A DNA stretch of 48,103 nt, the filler included, from Dimargaris cristalligena (taxonomy: Eukaryota): assembly GCA_003614675.1 (NCBI GenBank). It is 2 parts of 2 records of this genome, joined end to end, with 100 filler letters (N's around TTAATTAATTAA, not from the genome) between each part and the next. Parts side by side here need not be neighbours in the genome. Positions count along the whole stretch, not along the records: positions 1 to 24,005 come from ML002600.1; 1 more part is not named here. The stretch is one strand, 5' to 3'. Below are positions 1-11,523 of the stretch, piece by piece. The position numbers and the translations under genes were made by a program. The notes under the pieces were generated by a model. That model did no database searches and was not told the origin of the DNA. It saw nothing but the letters and a program-made list of their open reading frames with translations. Numbering within the stretch: the first letter of the stretch is position 1; the number at the start of each line of letters is the position of its first letter.

Positions 1-1063
1 AATATATGGGAAATGTATTTTTAACTAGTAATATTGGCCGAATCTAATGGATTTTTTGTTATACAGCTTGGATAAACTTCTCCCATATTCTACAACCACA
101 TTGCCCAAAATTAAAAGACCTATTCTTTATCTTTCTGATAGCAGTCGGCCTGCTTAGACTACGACTGGCTATAGGGTATATGGAACTAATAAAAAGTGGG
201 AGTTTGTATGAGAGGGATTTCAGGGCTAGCGGGGGGTAAAGTGGGGTGAACAATACTGCCCAACGATGGAGAAGCGCAAGGAAAAGAAACAGAACAACGT
301 TGGCTAAAGGGGCCCAATGCCTAGTAAATGACGAGGGCGAGGTTTGCCGAGTGATAAAAATAGAGTTACTGGGGTCCCATATTCTGTTTTCTACGAAGAA
401 TATTCGCCGTTTTCCTGTCCCAATCGCCCTCATGCCCCATTAAACCGTCTACCCACAGAGTTAACCTCTAGAGTGTATGTGGATATTAGGTCCACATGGA
501 GAGAGGAGAGGAGAGGAGAGGGAAGGATTCCAATTAACGGAGTACGGGGGTTGTAAAGGGGACCGAAAGATTCAATAAACATGAGCCACCTCCCTATAAG
601 ACGACTGGATTAGGGGAGGCGGACATAGAATGCTACCTTGGTATCAATTGAGTCAAGCCGCTGTTGGATCCCTGTCTTCGGTGCGGCCTCTTGACTGTAC
701 AGCTGCCTTGGGATCTGCTTGAATTATAGCCTCTGTCTATTGATTTATAGCACTATTTCTTTCACTTCGCGCCAACTGGGGCACTTCTATTGGTTTAAGG
801 GTTACACTTTAAGTCCGTCCCCCAATGGCCGACACACTCAAATTGTTGGCCGGATAATGGTGCTCTTGATCCATTTACCTTGAATGAGGCAGCGTTGGCT
901 TCAGCCACCCATCTCTTAGACTATTGACGCTGGCCTCTGTATTTCCCTACCAATATGCTTACACTCCACCCATGTATCCACACTTTCCTCACTTAATTGC
1001 CGAGCGGTTGCAGCAGCTATTTTCTATGTATTGCCACTATGCAGGACTTCCCACCGATTTGAT

Positions 1064-1071
1064 TATAAATA
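1064..1071 (+). promoter_or_regulatory. TATA box upstream of the secreted-protein pseudogene
   Basis: TATAAATA followed by a pyrimidine-rich leader, about 240 bp upstream of ATG 1307. Confidence 0.45.
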
Positions 1072-1306
1072 GAGGCTCCCGCCCTACCTCTTGGCTATTC
1101 AAATCACCAGTCTCTCACCACTACTTCTCTGTCTTTTGATCCCACCCACTACGATCCTCGTGTGGCTTTCTCCTCCTAACTTCCTTGGCTTAGCTTGTAC
1201 TGACCTTCCTTTTCTTATGACCTCCTTTTTTTAGCTATACTCTAGCGACACTTCTCGAATGGTTAGTTTCTCCCCCCACCCTTTTCTCTTGTTGTATTCG
1301 TTTACC

Positions 1307-2065
1307 ATGAAGGTTCAGTACACTGCCTTAATTGTTATGGCTTTGGTTGGTGTGCATGCCCTCCAGCAGCCTACTGACACTTCCCTAGGCTACCAAGGCA
1401 ATGGCTCAGCTAACTTGGAGACCAATCCTGGTTATTTTTCCAAAATTAAGAGCAGCTTCAAAGGACCAATTGACAGTATAACTAGTCGTTTTTCCAGCAG
1501 CCCAACCATGGAGTACCCCGAGTCCAACCTGCCTAAGCAATGCTACATGTTGTATAATTCGGATACAAAAGGCCTCAGAGCCAAGGGTCGTGTGATTGGT
1601 CTTAAGGCCAATCAGCTCATGGGTAGGTTCGGGATTGGGAGCTAAGCTGCTGCCACCGGGGGCGCTTCTGAGGAATTCGATCCCCAAACTCTAAGTGAAT
1701 TAAAGGACTCATTTGAGCAAGCCAACGAAGGTGACAGACACACTCTTCTCACTAAAAATCCCCTTCCATCTGATGGGTCCAGGTCGTCTACGTATGCCCT
1801 GCTGCCCACCGAAACTGGTGCCTTTGCTATTAAGGTAACCACAGAATCCTAGATCACCTTCTTTAACTTCTACTCTGCCGGTACTAAGGCTGAAAAAGTA
1901 TGCTACTTGAGTCTCGACTCTGCTAAGGGTGATATAACTGAACACATCCGAATTATGGAGACTTGCTTCGGCCCCGCTCTGCAAGTTGGGGATGTGGCCA
2001 TCAGTCCCATGAAAGCTGCCCCTTCAGATATGGGAGCTGGCAATATGAATAAGATGTACCAATAA
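1307..2065 (+). pseudogene. Probable pseudogene of a secreted protein (about 250 codons) with two in-frame nonsense codons
   Basis: ATG 1307 begins a signal peptide (MKVQYTALIVMALVGVHA). The frame continues without frameshift through TAA 1643-1645 and TAG 1850-1852 (...AAATGGASEEFDPQTLSELKDSFEQANE...ITFFNFYSAGTKAEKVCYLSLDSAKGDITEHIRIMETCFGPALQ...) to TAA 2063-2065, or possibly TGA 2105-2107. Confidence 0.6.
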
Positions 2066-2098
2066 ACCGCTCAACTAAGAACAGGATACTGTCTCACG

Positions 2099-3393
2099 GC
2101 TAAATGAGCTGAGATACTCACCAAGTAGGCCAGCCAGGGTTGTCACTCAGTCATGCCTCAGTTATAACAGTTGTCCATTATTTCTTTTGTAATAGCTGTT
2201 TAGCATTAGGGAAACTCACATCCCTCTAGGCTATGGTGAGACCTTTCCCCTGTTGCTTATTTTCCAGTATGAAGGAACCAGCATAATTGTAAAAAGGCTG
2301 CTGTTTTCAGATTCTTCTATATTTTCACTGTAAATTTGATGATTTTGTTCATGAAAACTACTGTGGATATACTAATAAATTTATTTAAACTAATGCAATT
2401 GTTGAATATTATGGCTAAATTGGTCAAATGTGGCTTGTCTCTACTTTATATTTACTGTGGTATTAGTTTATTAATGCCTATTATACTGCATACAACCTGC
2501 TACAAGTTATGGAACTATGTAAACATATATTAATAATTATTATAGGGCACATCATATTGATATTGTAGTTTATCAGCCCTTCTAATCCACCTTAATCTAG
2601 CTGGCTTAGTATCTGACCCTAATAGGCCTTATAGCACTATATTAACCTTCCCATGGTCACCCCTGGTACTATGGGATCTCCCTATATTATATAACCCTTC
2701 CCCTTTCAGACTGTGCCTTTTTACACTAATTAATTAAGTGCTGATCTAAAGACTCTTCCAGTTACCAGCAGAGTCTTCTGGATACTAGTGACTATCCAGT
2801 TGGCCTATTTACTTATCCTATAGCCTTAGTAGTATCCTCCCCTTAGGACCTCCCTCTGGAGTTATCCCCACATATATATAACTGGGCCCCATTGGGACCA
2901 GTTAGATTCCTTAGCTTATTTCTTACCCCTATATTACCTATATAAACCCTATATATACTTACTCCCCCTTATACTAACTAGTAAGTATGCCTACTGCACA
3001 CCCCTTGCATATACCCACTACTTAGTCTTTATTAGTTAGTACTATGCCTATACCTAATACTAGAAGCCCACTTGGCTAAGCCTAAGCCCCACCTACCATT
3101 AGAAGCCTATCCCCAGGACTCTTGACAAATTAAGGGTGGTAACCCAGGTGATAATCCCACATACTGAATTAGTAAGGTGGTATTTTCTCCACTCCATGAC
3201 ACTAGACTAATTTAATGTCTAATTTATTCCATGGAACTATGGCTTACAAGTGCATTTACCAGGTACTACTTTATTACCCACTGCATCACCCAGAGAATAG
3301 CAGTAAATCTTTATTGTGCATTAGCCAAAATAGGGAACTTCAGTGTGATAGTATAAGGAATTTGCTGAAATCTACTAGGGAGGGAAGGGGAAA
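2099..3393. other. CpG-free, TpA-rich degenerate region (possible decayed repeat or gene relic)
   Basis: Reading line by line, I found no CG dinucleotide between the CG at 2097-2098 and the CG at 3394-3395. There are many TAG/TAA/CTA triplets and no long ORF. Confidence 0.6.
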
Positions 3394-3553
3394 CGTTAGT
3401 CCCATATTTATAAGCCTATTTCTGTGAATGATTTGTTATTATCATATAACTCAGTTGAAATATACTCCTATGAAATAAATTGGATTATTGAGGTATCTGC
3501 CAGACTGCAAAGTAGTGGCAAGAGAGATGCCCCCCTCCACTATTCCGGGGAAT

Positions 3554-6232
3554 TTAGGCAACCATGGCACGGAAAAATGAATCGGGTTTGAGAGCTGCCA
3601 CTAAGTCGCTATCACTGATATTGAGACGAATTTTTTGGTGTACATCTAAGCGGCTCGATTCGGCCAACAGGCACCGGGCAGCACCCAGAGCTGAACAGAT
3701 GGCCAGTAGTACCGACGAGGTAGGGATTTCTAAGTTGTGGAGACGGCAGAGTTGAATATGGTGGTGGGCGACCTGGGCGGTTTCAAAAGATAAGAATGAA
3801 GATGATGTACATACAATAAATGGGGTAAGTCGCCTAGAGTATAGTATACCTGGTTGATCGTATGAATACAGTAGGGCACGACTAGTTTTCTTGGTAAACT
3901 GCAGCCAATTCAGTTGATGCTGGCCAGTAGGGGTGGGGGCAGTGGTTTGGGAATGTAATATAATCTTACACTATGGAAGCTGGTCTCAGGTAGGCCAACC
4001 TTCTGGAGCTGATTCCGGAGGGCCACCAGGAACAGTTTCTGATGGGTGGACGCGTGCTTCACGAATAGGGTATTACCCGACGACGTCATTTCCTTAACCA
4101 CCCTGTCGATTATGTTCATGGTGACTTGCGCCGGGGCTTCCAGGTTTTGGTCTGCATTATCCTCAACCACCTCAATCGCCCGTCTAGGATGCATCGTTGA
4201 AGTTCGTGCGCGACCAATCATTTGGGTAATAGAGTTAGCATTCCGATCGGTAAGGGCCTGGCACAGTTTAGACAAATAAAACCCGTCTCAACAAATGTCA
4301 AGTTACTAATGGGCGAGCCTAGACGATTGCGACACAACTTACCGACATATGTCCAACGCCCGACGAGCGTCTCCCGACACTGAACTGACTTTACGGGCGC
4401 ACAGCTCAATGGCATCACTGTCAAATGCACCTAACCCAATTAGACGGGATTCGACAATTTTGAATAATTGCTGGTGCGTGTATGGCTGGAAGTTAATGCG
4501 GGTCAAACCTGGGATCGATTATCAATGAGTACAGTGGACCTGGGGTTAGTTAGGATTGTCGGATTCGGGTGAGGAAGAACAATTGCAATCCTATAATATC
4601 TCTAGATTCAAGACCCAACTGCGGAATAAATATTAAGTAGGTTAATAAATAAATAAAGCGTCAACTATTTCATCAAATTGAGAAGTAGGCAATATTATAG
4701 TTAGCAGCTTACCTAGACGACTTGAAACCTTGTTTGAGAGTACTCGTTCGGGAAGATCCATCGTATTAGCAATGGCAATCACGATTAATCGGGAATTGGC
4801 ACGGTTGGGCCATTCGAAAAAGTTGTACATGATGGTCTGTTTTCGAGTGACCAGGAGGTCCAGCTCATCCATAAGCACCACACTAAAGGGATATGTGGTC
4901 AGACATGGTGTAGTTATGTAAGGGTGGCGGGTGAAGAGGGTTAGTGCTTGTTAGGATCGCTGGGTGAATAGGGCCGAGTAGCACACCCGAAGATCTAGAA
5001 ATACATTATCCGATACTTAATTCTAATCGTTGAATCAGCACTCAAAATTAAGGCCTCTCTGCCTGCGTTCTAATTTTATGGGGGAAACAAACCATAATAC
5101 CTACCAAGGTTCGGAGTTGTCATTGGGGTTCTGAAAATGTTTTTCGAGCAAGTCGGCGGCGTGTTTATGTGTAGCTTTCTCACCGGTGAGAAAATGGTAA
5201 AGGAGTGAGTAGGACTGGGCCGGTTCTGTCAACTTCATGCCGTTGATCTCAACGTATTTGAATTTAGACCCTTTCTACGATCATCATTAGTAATTACGTT
5301 GGTGTACGGATTAGTGGAGTCGGGTTTTAAAGGCATAGGTGGCTCACTGGCTTAGTTATCGTTATTTAGGCATACATGTCCAAACAGCGTAAGTACCTGG
5401 TATCAAATTTAAGGGATTACGGGATTGAAGTAGCTAAAATTCACCATGCCCCTTACGTGCAAAAACGAATAGGCCTACCTTTTGTTTACTGGCATTTGCC
5501 AAATGCTGAATGACCTCCCGAACGGTAGCTGTTTTGCCCGTTCCGGGGACTCCGGAGATATCTGGCAGGTATATTGTGGATATAAAAGGGACGCCAAGTT
5601 TGGGGGTTTAAGTGTATGCAAAGAAACCAAGCGAGGTGGGGGTGAGGACGATCACCCTATTTCACCGGAAGCCTATGGCCTAGGGCGAGGTGAATCCACA
5701 TAGGTGGCACATGCCTTGGTGGGCATAGGCCGCTATAGTCACCATGGCCCTTTAAACCGAGTGGGAGTCATTCGAAGTCGGCCAATACAAAATACGGGGT
5801 AGCTACTTACAAATACAAGTTCCAACTTTGTCACGAATAGCCGTCTCGAGGTGTCCCAATATATCTCGGAATTCACCCTCCCGCCCCGGTAGACTGTCTG
5901 GTACTGCCGAGACGTGGAGTTGTTCGCGAGCTAGTCGGAGTGCATTCGCGGTAGCTGCCATGTCAACTAAACAAAACACAGGGACTATTGGTTAAGGAAG
6001 TCGGAGTCGCAAAAGCACGCTGTAATGGCTTAAAGGGGAATGTTCGTAGGGGTTTTTTTGAAAAAAAGGGACGAGAATATGGTTCAACGATTCCAACAAT
6101 ATTGTTCGGCGAATATAAACAAGTGGTTTGGGAGAATTGTTTACATATGGGGAAATCCAAACACCAAGCTCTCCTACCTAGGCCAGTTTTTTTTGTAATC
6201 CGCCGAGTCTTATAACCCATGAGCTGTTGCAT
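3554..6232 (-). CDS. ORC1: Origin recognition complex subunit 1 (AAA+ plus winged helix), about 410 aa. Exons 6232-6178, 5966-5811, 5561-5479, 5274-5105, 4882-4713, 4508-4343, 4183-3970, 3772-3554
   Basis: The spliced product has [14 protein letters not shown], Walker [21 protein letters not shown], Walker [25 protein letters not shown] and [14 protein letters not shown]. All introns are GT-AG with consistent phases (1233 nt in total). The first exon is the least certain. Confidence 0.9.
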
Positions 6233-6465
6233 GGGCCTTCCTTTAGGCTAGCCTAGGCCCTTCCCTGGCTACTAGTGTCCGGCCAATCGGGGACTAGTAT
6301 GCTAATGGCACTAACGTAAAGCCATATGAATTTACCTATATCTCAGCCCCCACTCCCCCGGATGAACCGGGGAGGTTCCCATCTTACTTACAATTATCTC
6401 TATTATCTCTATTACTTATTAAAGACTTGATCATCATAACAAGGCATAGGAACTAGCCCTTCGCC

Positions 6466-7617
6466 ATGGCTTCAGAGCGCCCGGAATTTTATGACCAACT
6501 CTTTGACGTACACAACCACGTCCACCAATACCTGAAATGGAGCCCTGACCAGCAACAGCACCCCCTTGGTCATGTCCGTACCCGATGGCTTGCCATCATG
6601 GGCTGGAACGAGCAAAACTGGGACACCTTGGAAGCGCTGCTTGAGTGGCGGCCCAAGGGAGAGGATACCTCTGACTTTGTCGTTTCCCAGGCTTCTTCGG
6701 GTGAAGCTGCTGGACCTGTCAAGTTCGACGCTACCAAACCCGGTTCGGCCCCCTTCATTATCCCGGGGTTTGGAATCCACCCATGGGCCGTCGAGCGAAC
6801 ACTTGCTTCCGCTCCCCCTGATACCTTGTCAGCCGTCGGAACTACTGACGGTCCTTTCACGATATCAACCGCGCTGCAGGAAAAATTAGAGGCTTTGCCA
6901 TGGTTCGGGCGCCTCACCGACCTTCTCCGCCGGTATCCACAGGCCATTGTGGGTGAAATCGGGTTGGACAAAGTGACCCGAAATCGAACTACCGGAGAGA
7001 TTTACAGCTTTCAAAACCAAACCATATTATTTCGACTCCAATGGGACTTGGCCATCCGCCTGAGGCGTCCAGTCTCCGTGCACGCGGTCAAGTGCCCCAC
7101 CCAGCTACTCGATTTTATACGCGGACAAGTCCGATCCTACACGCAATCGAAAAAGGCCGCGGTACGGAAAATGGGGAATAAGGGTGGTTCAGTCGCGGAT
7201 AGTGTGGTCGCTACAGACCCCGGGTCATTGGTCGATTCCCCTGAACTGACCGATCCTTTACCCCCCAAAATTATGTTCCACTCCTTCACCGGGGCGGTTG
7301 AGTTGGTCCAACAATTGCTGAGATTGCCGTCCGAGTTTGGCACTCGCTTTTATTATAGTTTTTCACAAACCATTAATCAGCGCTCAACTAAGCTTCCCGC
7401 TATTGTGGCAGCCATACCGGAAAACCGACTGCTTATGGAGACTGACTTGAGTGATGCAACCCAAATTGACGGCGCCATGCTTGCGATGGCCCAGACCTTG
7501 GCTGATCTCAAAGGATATTCGTTAGGTGATACTATTCAGCTGCTACACCATAACTCAATGGAGTTTTACCATGACCAAATTCGAACTTTACCGGATTACA
7601 TCAAACAAGGAGACTAA
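6466..7617 (+). CDS. TatD-family metal-dependent nuclease/hydrolase (Scn1-like), 383 aa, intronless
   Basis: Motifs DVHNH, GFGIHPW, VGEIGLDK, PVSVHAV, MFHSFTG and LLMETD; AATAAA shortly after the stop (about 7683). Confidence 0.88.
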   Translation: MASERPEFYDQLFDVHNHVHQYLKWSPDQQQHPLGHVRTRWLAIMGWNEQNWDTLEALLEWRPKGEDTSDFVVSQASSGEAAGPVKFDATKPGSAPFIIPGFGIHPWAVERTLASAPPDTLSAVGTTDGPFTISTALQEKLEALPWFGRLTDLLRRYPQAIVGEIGLDKVTRNRTTGEIYSFQNQTILFRLQWDLAIRLRRPVSVHAVKCPTQLLDFIRGQVRSYTQSKKAAVRKMGNKGGSVADSVVATDPGSLVDSPELTDPLPPKIMFHSFTGAVELVQQLLRLPSEFGTRFYYSFSQTINQRSTKLPAIVAAIPENRLLMETDLSDATQIDGAMLAMAQTLADLKGYSLGDTIQLLHHNSMEFYHDQIRTLPDYIKQGD

Positions 7618-10410
7618 TTACAATCAGCACCGGGCCTCTATACCAGATTTCAGTTAAACTCACCTGAATTTTACCGTTTCCCAATAAATGCTCGTAGTAT
7701 ATTTTAGAAGACACGGTGCGGCGGCTGGTTTCTTTCGTGTTATCTTACAGTTTAAACAGACGGCACCATTGGCCCTGTTCTTGAAAAGTTGATAAGTTCG
7801 TAAAATCAGGGCAATATCTCAATAAGGTTTGGAAGACTCGGTAACTCAGAAAGGTTTGTTTGGCATTAGTCGGTGCGGAATTTAGCCATTTCTGAGATCC
7901 CGGCTAATATTTTGTGGTGCTATTCAACGTAGATGGGTGTTATTTGAATATACTGTTTCCCAAATACTTTTCCAATACCCACAGCCGAGTAGCCAGTTCT
8001 GAAATTAAAACCAATTTCCGAATAGATCAAACCAATGTACTATTTTTAATGAGCAACTAATTAACCCATGTTGTTGAGCTTAACTTACCGTTAGCTGGAT
8101 GGCACAACGTCCCTAGATGAATCCCACCAGCCGCTTGAACAACTGCAAGATAAGGCGTACTAGAGTGTGGGTGCCCATTCCAGGCCATGTACATAGTGGA
8201 GTGTGTAGTGGGAATGCCTACACTTTTCGTCCCCCAATTGCCAATAACATATGGGTGAAGTTCAGCTTGGCTGTATAAGAGTTTAACTGATATGTGTATG
8301 GGAAAATCGGTGGGATGTTTATTCTCAACCAGTAGTATTTGCCTCATCAAATGGATTTTTCGTTATACAGCCTTGCTGAACTACTCCCATATTAATCCAA
8401 GCTCGCCATATTTTAGCCCGAATCACCTACACATGGGAAGGGGAGGCAATGCCATGCAAGCCAAAGACGTTGATCATCATGTAGGAGGTGTTTAATGCAA
8501 TAAAGACAACCGCGAGTTCCGTGAGCTGCGGCTTGATTCTGGGCGGTGTTAATGAGACCCATCCCAACCAAGAAGCAGTCGGTGGTAATTTGGTGCTCAC
8601 GATACCGGGATTTTGTCCCAGAGTGTCAAGGCAATAACGAGGGCACTCCGTCTGAATGGGGAATCATTCAATACTAACCGTGAGTTGGCATTAGTTGATG
8701 GCAGAAAAATATTAGGTCATAATAAAATAACCCATGGTTTCATGTATAAATAACCGATAATACATACAAGAGGAGACCGGTACCTTTCTGAAAAGAGGAT
8801 CCGGGATTGAAAGAGCGATAAGCGGGAAAAGGATCAACCGTGTTTTTTTATATATTGATTTCTGATTAGACGACTTAAGCAATGGTTCTTAGACCTGTCC
8901 CGTAGGAGGACGGGCCCGTGGCTTTGGTCATCATCTGATAGCATTCACCAAGGTGGCGCATGGGTTTTGATCTAAATCCATTAGCCCATGACAACAAATT
9001 TGGGGATATGCCAATGAAGACATGGTATTTAAAAGCAAGCGGGGGATTTAATAGCAAACATTTGGCGCCATTAAATCCTTTTACCAATATCAAGAGTAAT
9101 ACAGCTTGAAGTTCTAAATGATATGAGGTTCAGAAGCCGACCAGGGCTGGTTTGCAGTTAAAATTCCCAACATATTTGTTTGAGTGGATGGTGGGAGGGC
9201 AGGGGTACACCCACCTATTAAATATCGCATTAAAGAGGTTCGCTTCACCTATAAAATGAAACTTCCGCTTAAAAAGGGGCTCGGCAGGTTAAATTCAGCT
9301 TAATATCCAATATTGTCGTTAGATTTCATTCAAAATCTAATCCAGGTATGCCATATTCCACCCCTATCAGTATAGACTCTTGGGGATTCGCTGGGGCCAA
9401 ATCCGATTTTCAGTAGGCGGTGACCCTTGAATAAACATTTTCAATCTAAATATCGCATAAATAATGTATCTGCATGAGTGCCAGGGTTGCCCCACTCTTT
9501 ATCAAATCCCGACTTTTCAGGCGGTTTTCAGTTGAGTTCCCAATTATTGAATATTGCGCACCATGAACAATATAAATTACCATACACTAGCCTCCACTTG
9601 TAAAGCTAGTTATTTTCTTCCCGTATGTGTCACACTGGCCAATTGCTACATTATGTGCGATAACTAACGCTACCCCCCTCCCAAAAAGCACTTTAACCCT
9701 CAAAGAAACAATAGTATATATCGCGTTTTGTACAGCTTGGCAAAGGGCGATTCACTTCTGGATTCGCCATCCACACCACTTCTACTGTATACGACTCTAG
9801 ACGGAGACCATGAACTCACCGAAAGTATTGTAGCCGATATAATGTGGATGCTGATGCATTGCATGTAGTAAGGTGGGTTTCCTTTCTTTGTTATACTAGA
9901 CAGCGTAGTCTGGGTTAGTAGGGGGTCAATGGGCGCGAGAATTTCAAGGCAAAGAAAGTCTCTATATAGAAATGGGGTGGTTTTTTTTCACCTAACATCT
10001 CTTCTACTCAGCAAAGCGCGTAGGCGGGGGGTGTACGCCACTTTCCAAGCAACACCGGGAAGTAGATACCATTACCAAATCGTCGTGCTTCGAGCTGCAT
10101 GGATCATCCAGTACAGGCTTAAGCGGCTACCATTTCCCTGCCATAAGGGCTGATGGCTGAAGCGACCCCCCCCCCCCGCCTTGGTACATCGCTAATTAAG
10201 GTCCACCCTTATAATATAGACCGTCTTATAATTAGATATCTGATATAAAAGTCGGGCCTCTTGGCCCTTCCTAGAGACACCGGTCTTCCAACTGCCACTC
10301 CCATCACCAATGTTTCTATACTAGTCCTCATCCCTGGTTGATCTTTCCAGCAACTTCTATGAATTTACCCTTTAAATCCGACCATCGATACTACTTTGCT
10401 TCTTATTACC

Positions 10411-11523
10411 ATGGGTGCCGCTCGCTTTTCTAAATTTATGGCCAGGATCAGTCCCGCAACTGCCCTCAAAAGCCTGAGTCAAAAATTGAAAGCCATTTTC
10501 CCCCGTCGCCAACCGACCCCTGGTAAGGAAGGCCTGATTGCGACTGAACTTTTATCCGAGAAATATCAACCCAACTGGAATACTTCCACTTTGACCCTTG
10601 ACTCGTTGAACACCCCCTCGACGACCGTGATCGGGTCACCCACCGAACCTCACCTTCCCGTCTACTCGGAGGCCCCGCTCTACCCTAGGTCAACAACCAA
10701 TCTGGCCTCCCACCCTAACCACCTGTACGAACTGGAGCCAGTGCCCTCCTCAGACCTGGCTCTCGATTTCGCTCAGTGGATGGCGGAAGAGCCAGCCGAT
10801 AGATCCTCCACAATAAGGACCAGCTCCGACCCCTCCATCTTAGCGCTGTCCATATCACCCCTCAGTTCGGTGGACAGCATCTTCCTAGAGCAGACTTACT
10901 ACACGGTGTTTGGCAATACCCCCAGTATCGCTTTGGGGCTTGATGCTGCTCTGTATATCACCGATGCGCTTGAATCGGACCGGGCCAATCCAGCGCTGAG
11001 CACTGATTCGTCCCAGCGAGCCACCCCAGCACTGCTGTCCGACAGCAAATATGGTGAGAAAGAGTACGCCGACGGCGATTTAATGGCCCAGACTGAAGGT
11101 CGTGTCAATATCGATGGTCACGACGACCCATGCGCAGGGATAGCCAGCGACGACCGCTGTCGACACAGCCTCCAACAGCACGTGATGGTCTGGCAGGAGT
11201 GCGCTAGGCAATTCATCCAGAGTGTTCCATTCGCAGTCGGGAAGTGCGATGCACCACCCCCATCCTCGGATTCAGCCAACCTCAAGTACCACTGGCACGC
11301 CCTACCCGAGCAGACGGGAAATGAATCCATGGTGTTTTCCTGGCTTCGGGAAAGGACCTATACCCATTTGGCACCATGCCAACCTGCCCGTTCTTGTCTA
11401 CGGGTTCGATCCAAAAGTATTCGTCAAAACAGGATTGGAGATCACCGTCCAGTCGCTTCACGTAGTGTGCATTGGAAATCCACATCCGAAACCAAGTACT
11501 ATTGCGCCCCTAACCACCAGTAA
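10411..11523 (+). CDS. Hypothetical Ser/Pro/acidic protein, 370 aa, with C-terminal PP1-docking-like motifs
   Basis: Long ORF with ACCATGG context and TATAAAA at 10244-10250. No recognised domain; SCLR...RSVHW near the C-terminus. Confidence 0.65.
   Translation: MGAARFSKFMARISPATALKSLSQKLKAIFPRRQPTPGKEGLIATELLSEKYQPNWNTSTLTLDSLNTPSTTVIGSPTEPHLPVYSEAPLYPRSTTNLASHPNHLYELEPVPSSDLALDFAQWMAEEPADRSSTIRTSSDPSILALSISPLSSVDSIFLEQTYYTVFGNTPSIALGLDAALYITDALESDRANPALSTDSSQRATPALLSDSKYGEKEYADGDLMAQTEGRVNIDGHDDPCAGIASDDRCRHSLQQHVMVWQECARQFIQSVPFAVGKCDAPPPSSDSANLKYHWHALPEQTGNESMVFSWLRERTYTHLAPCQPARSCLRVRSKSIRQNRIGDHRPVASRSVHWKSTSETKYYCAPNHQ

Noticed and set aside
1643-1852. TAA/TAG reassigned to Gln (alternative genetic code)
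   Set aside because: PKA (FPTF*), polyubiquitin and Orc1 end at TAA at their expected C-termini, and no conserved gene here has an internal TAA/TAG.
7660-9100. Possible upstream BAH-encoding ORC1 exons
   Set aside because: Donor-like sites exist (near 7663 and 8087), but I could not build a phase-consistent exon with BAH similarity.
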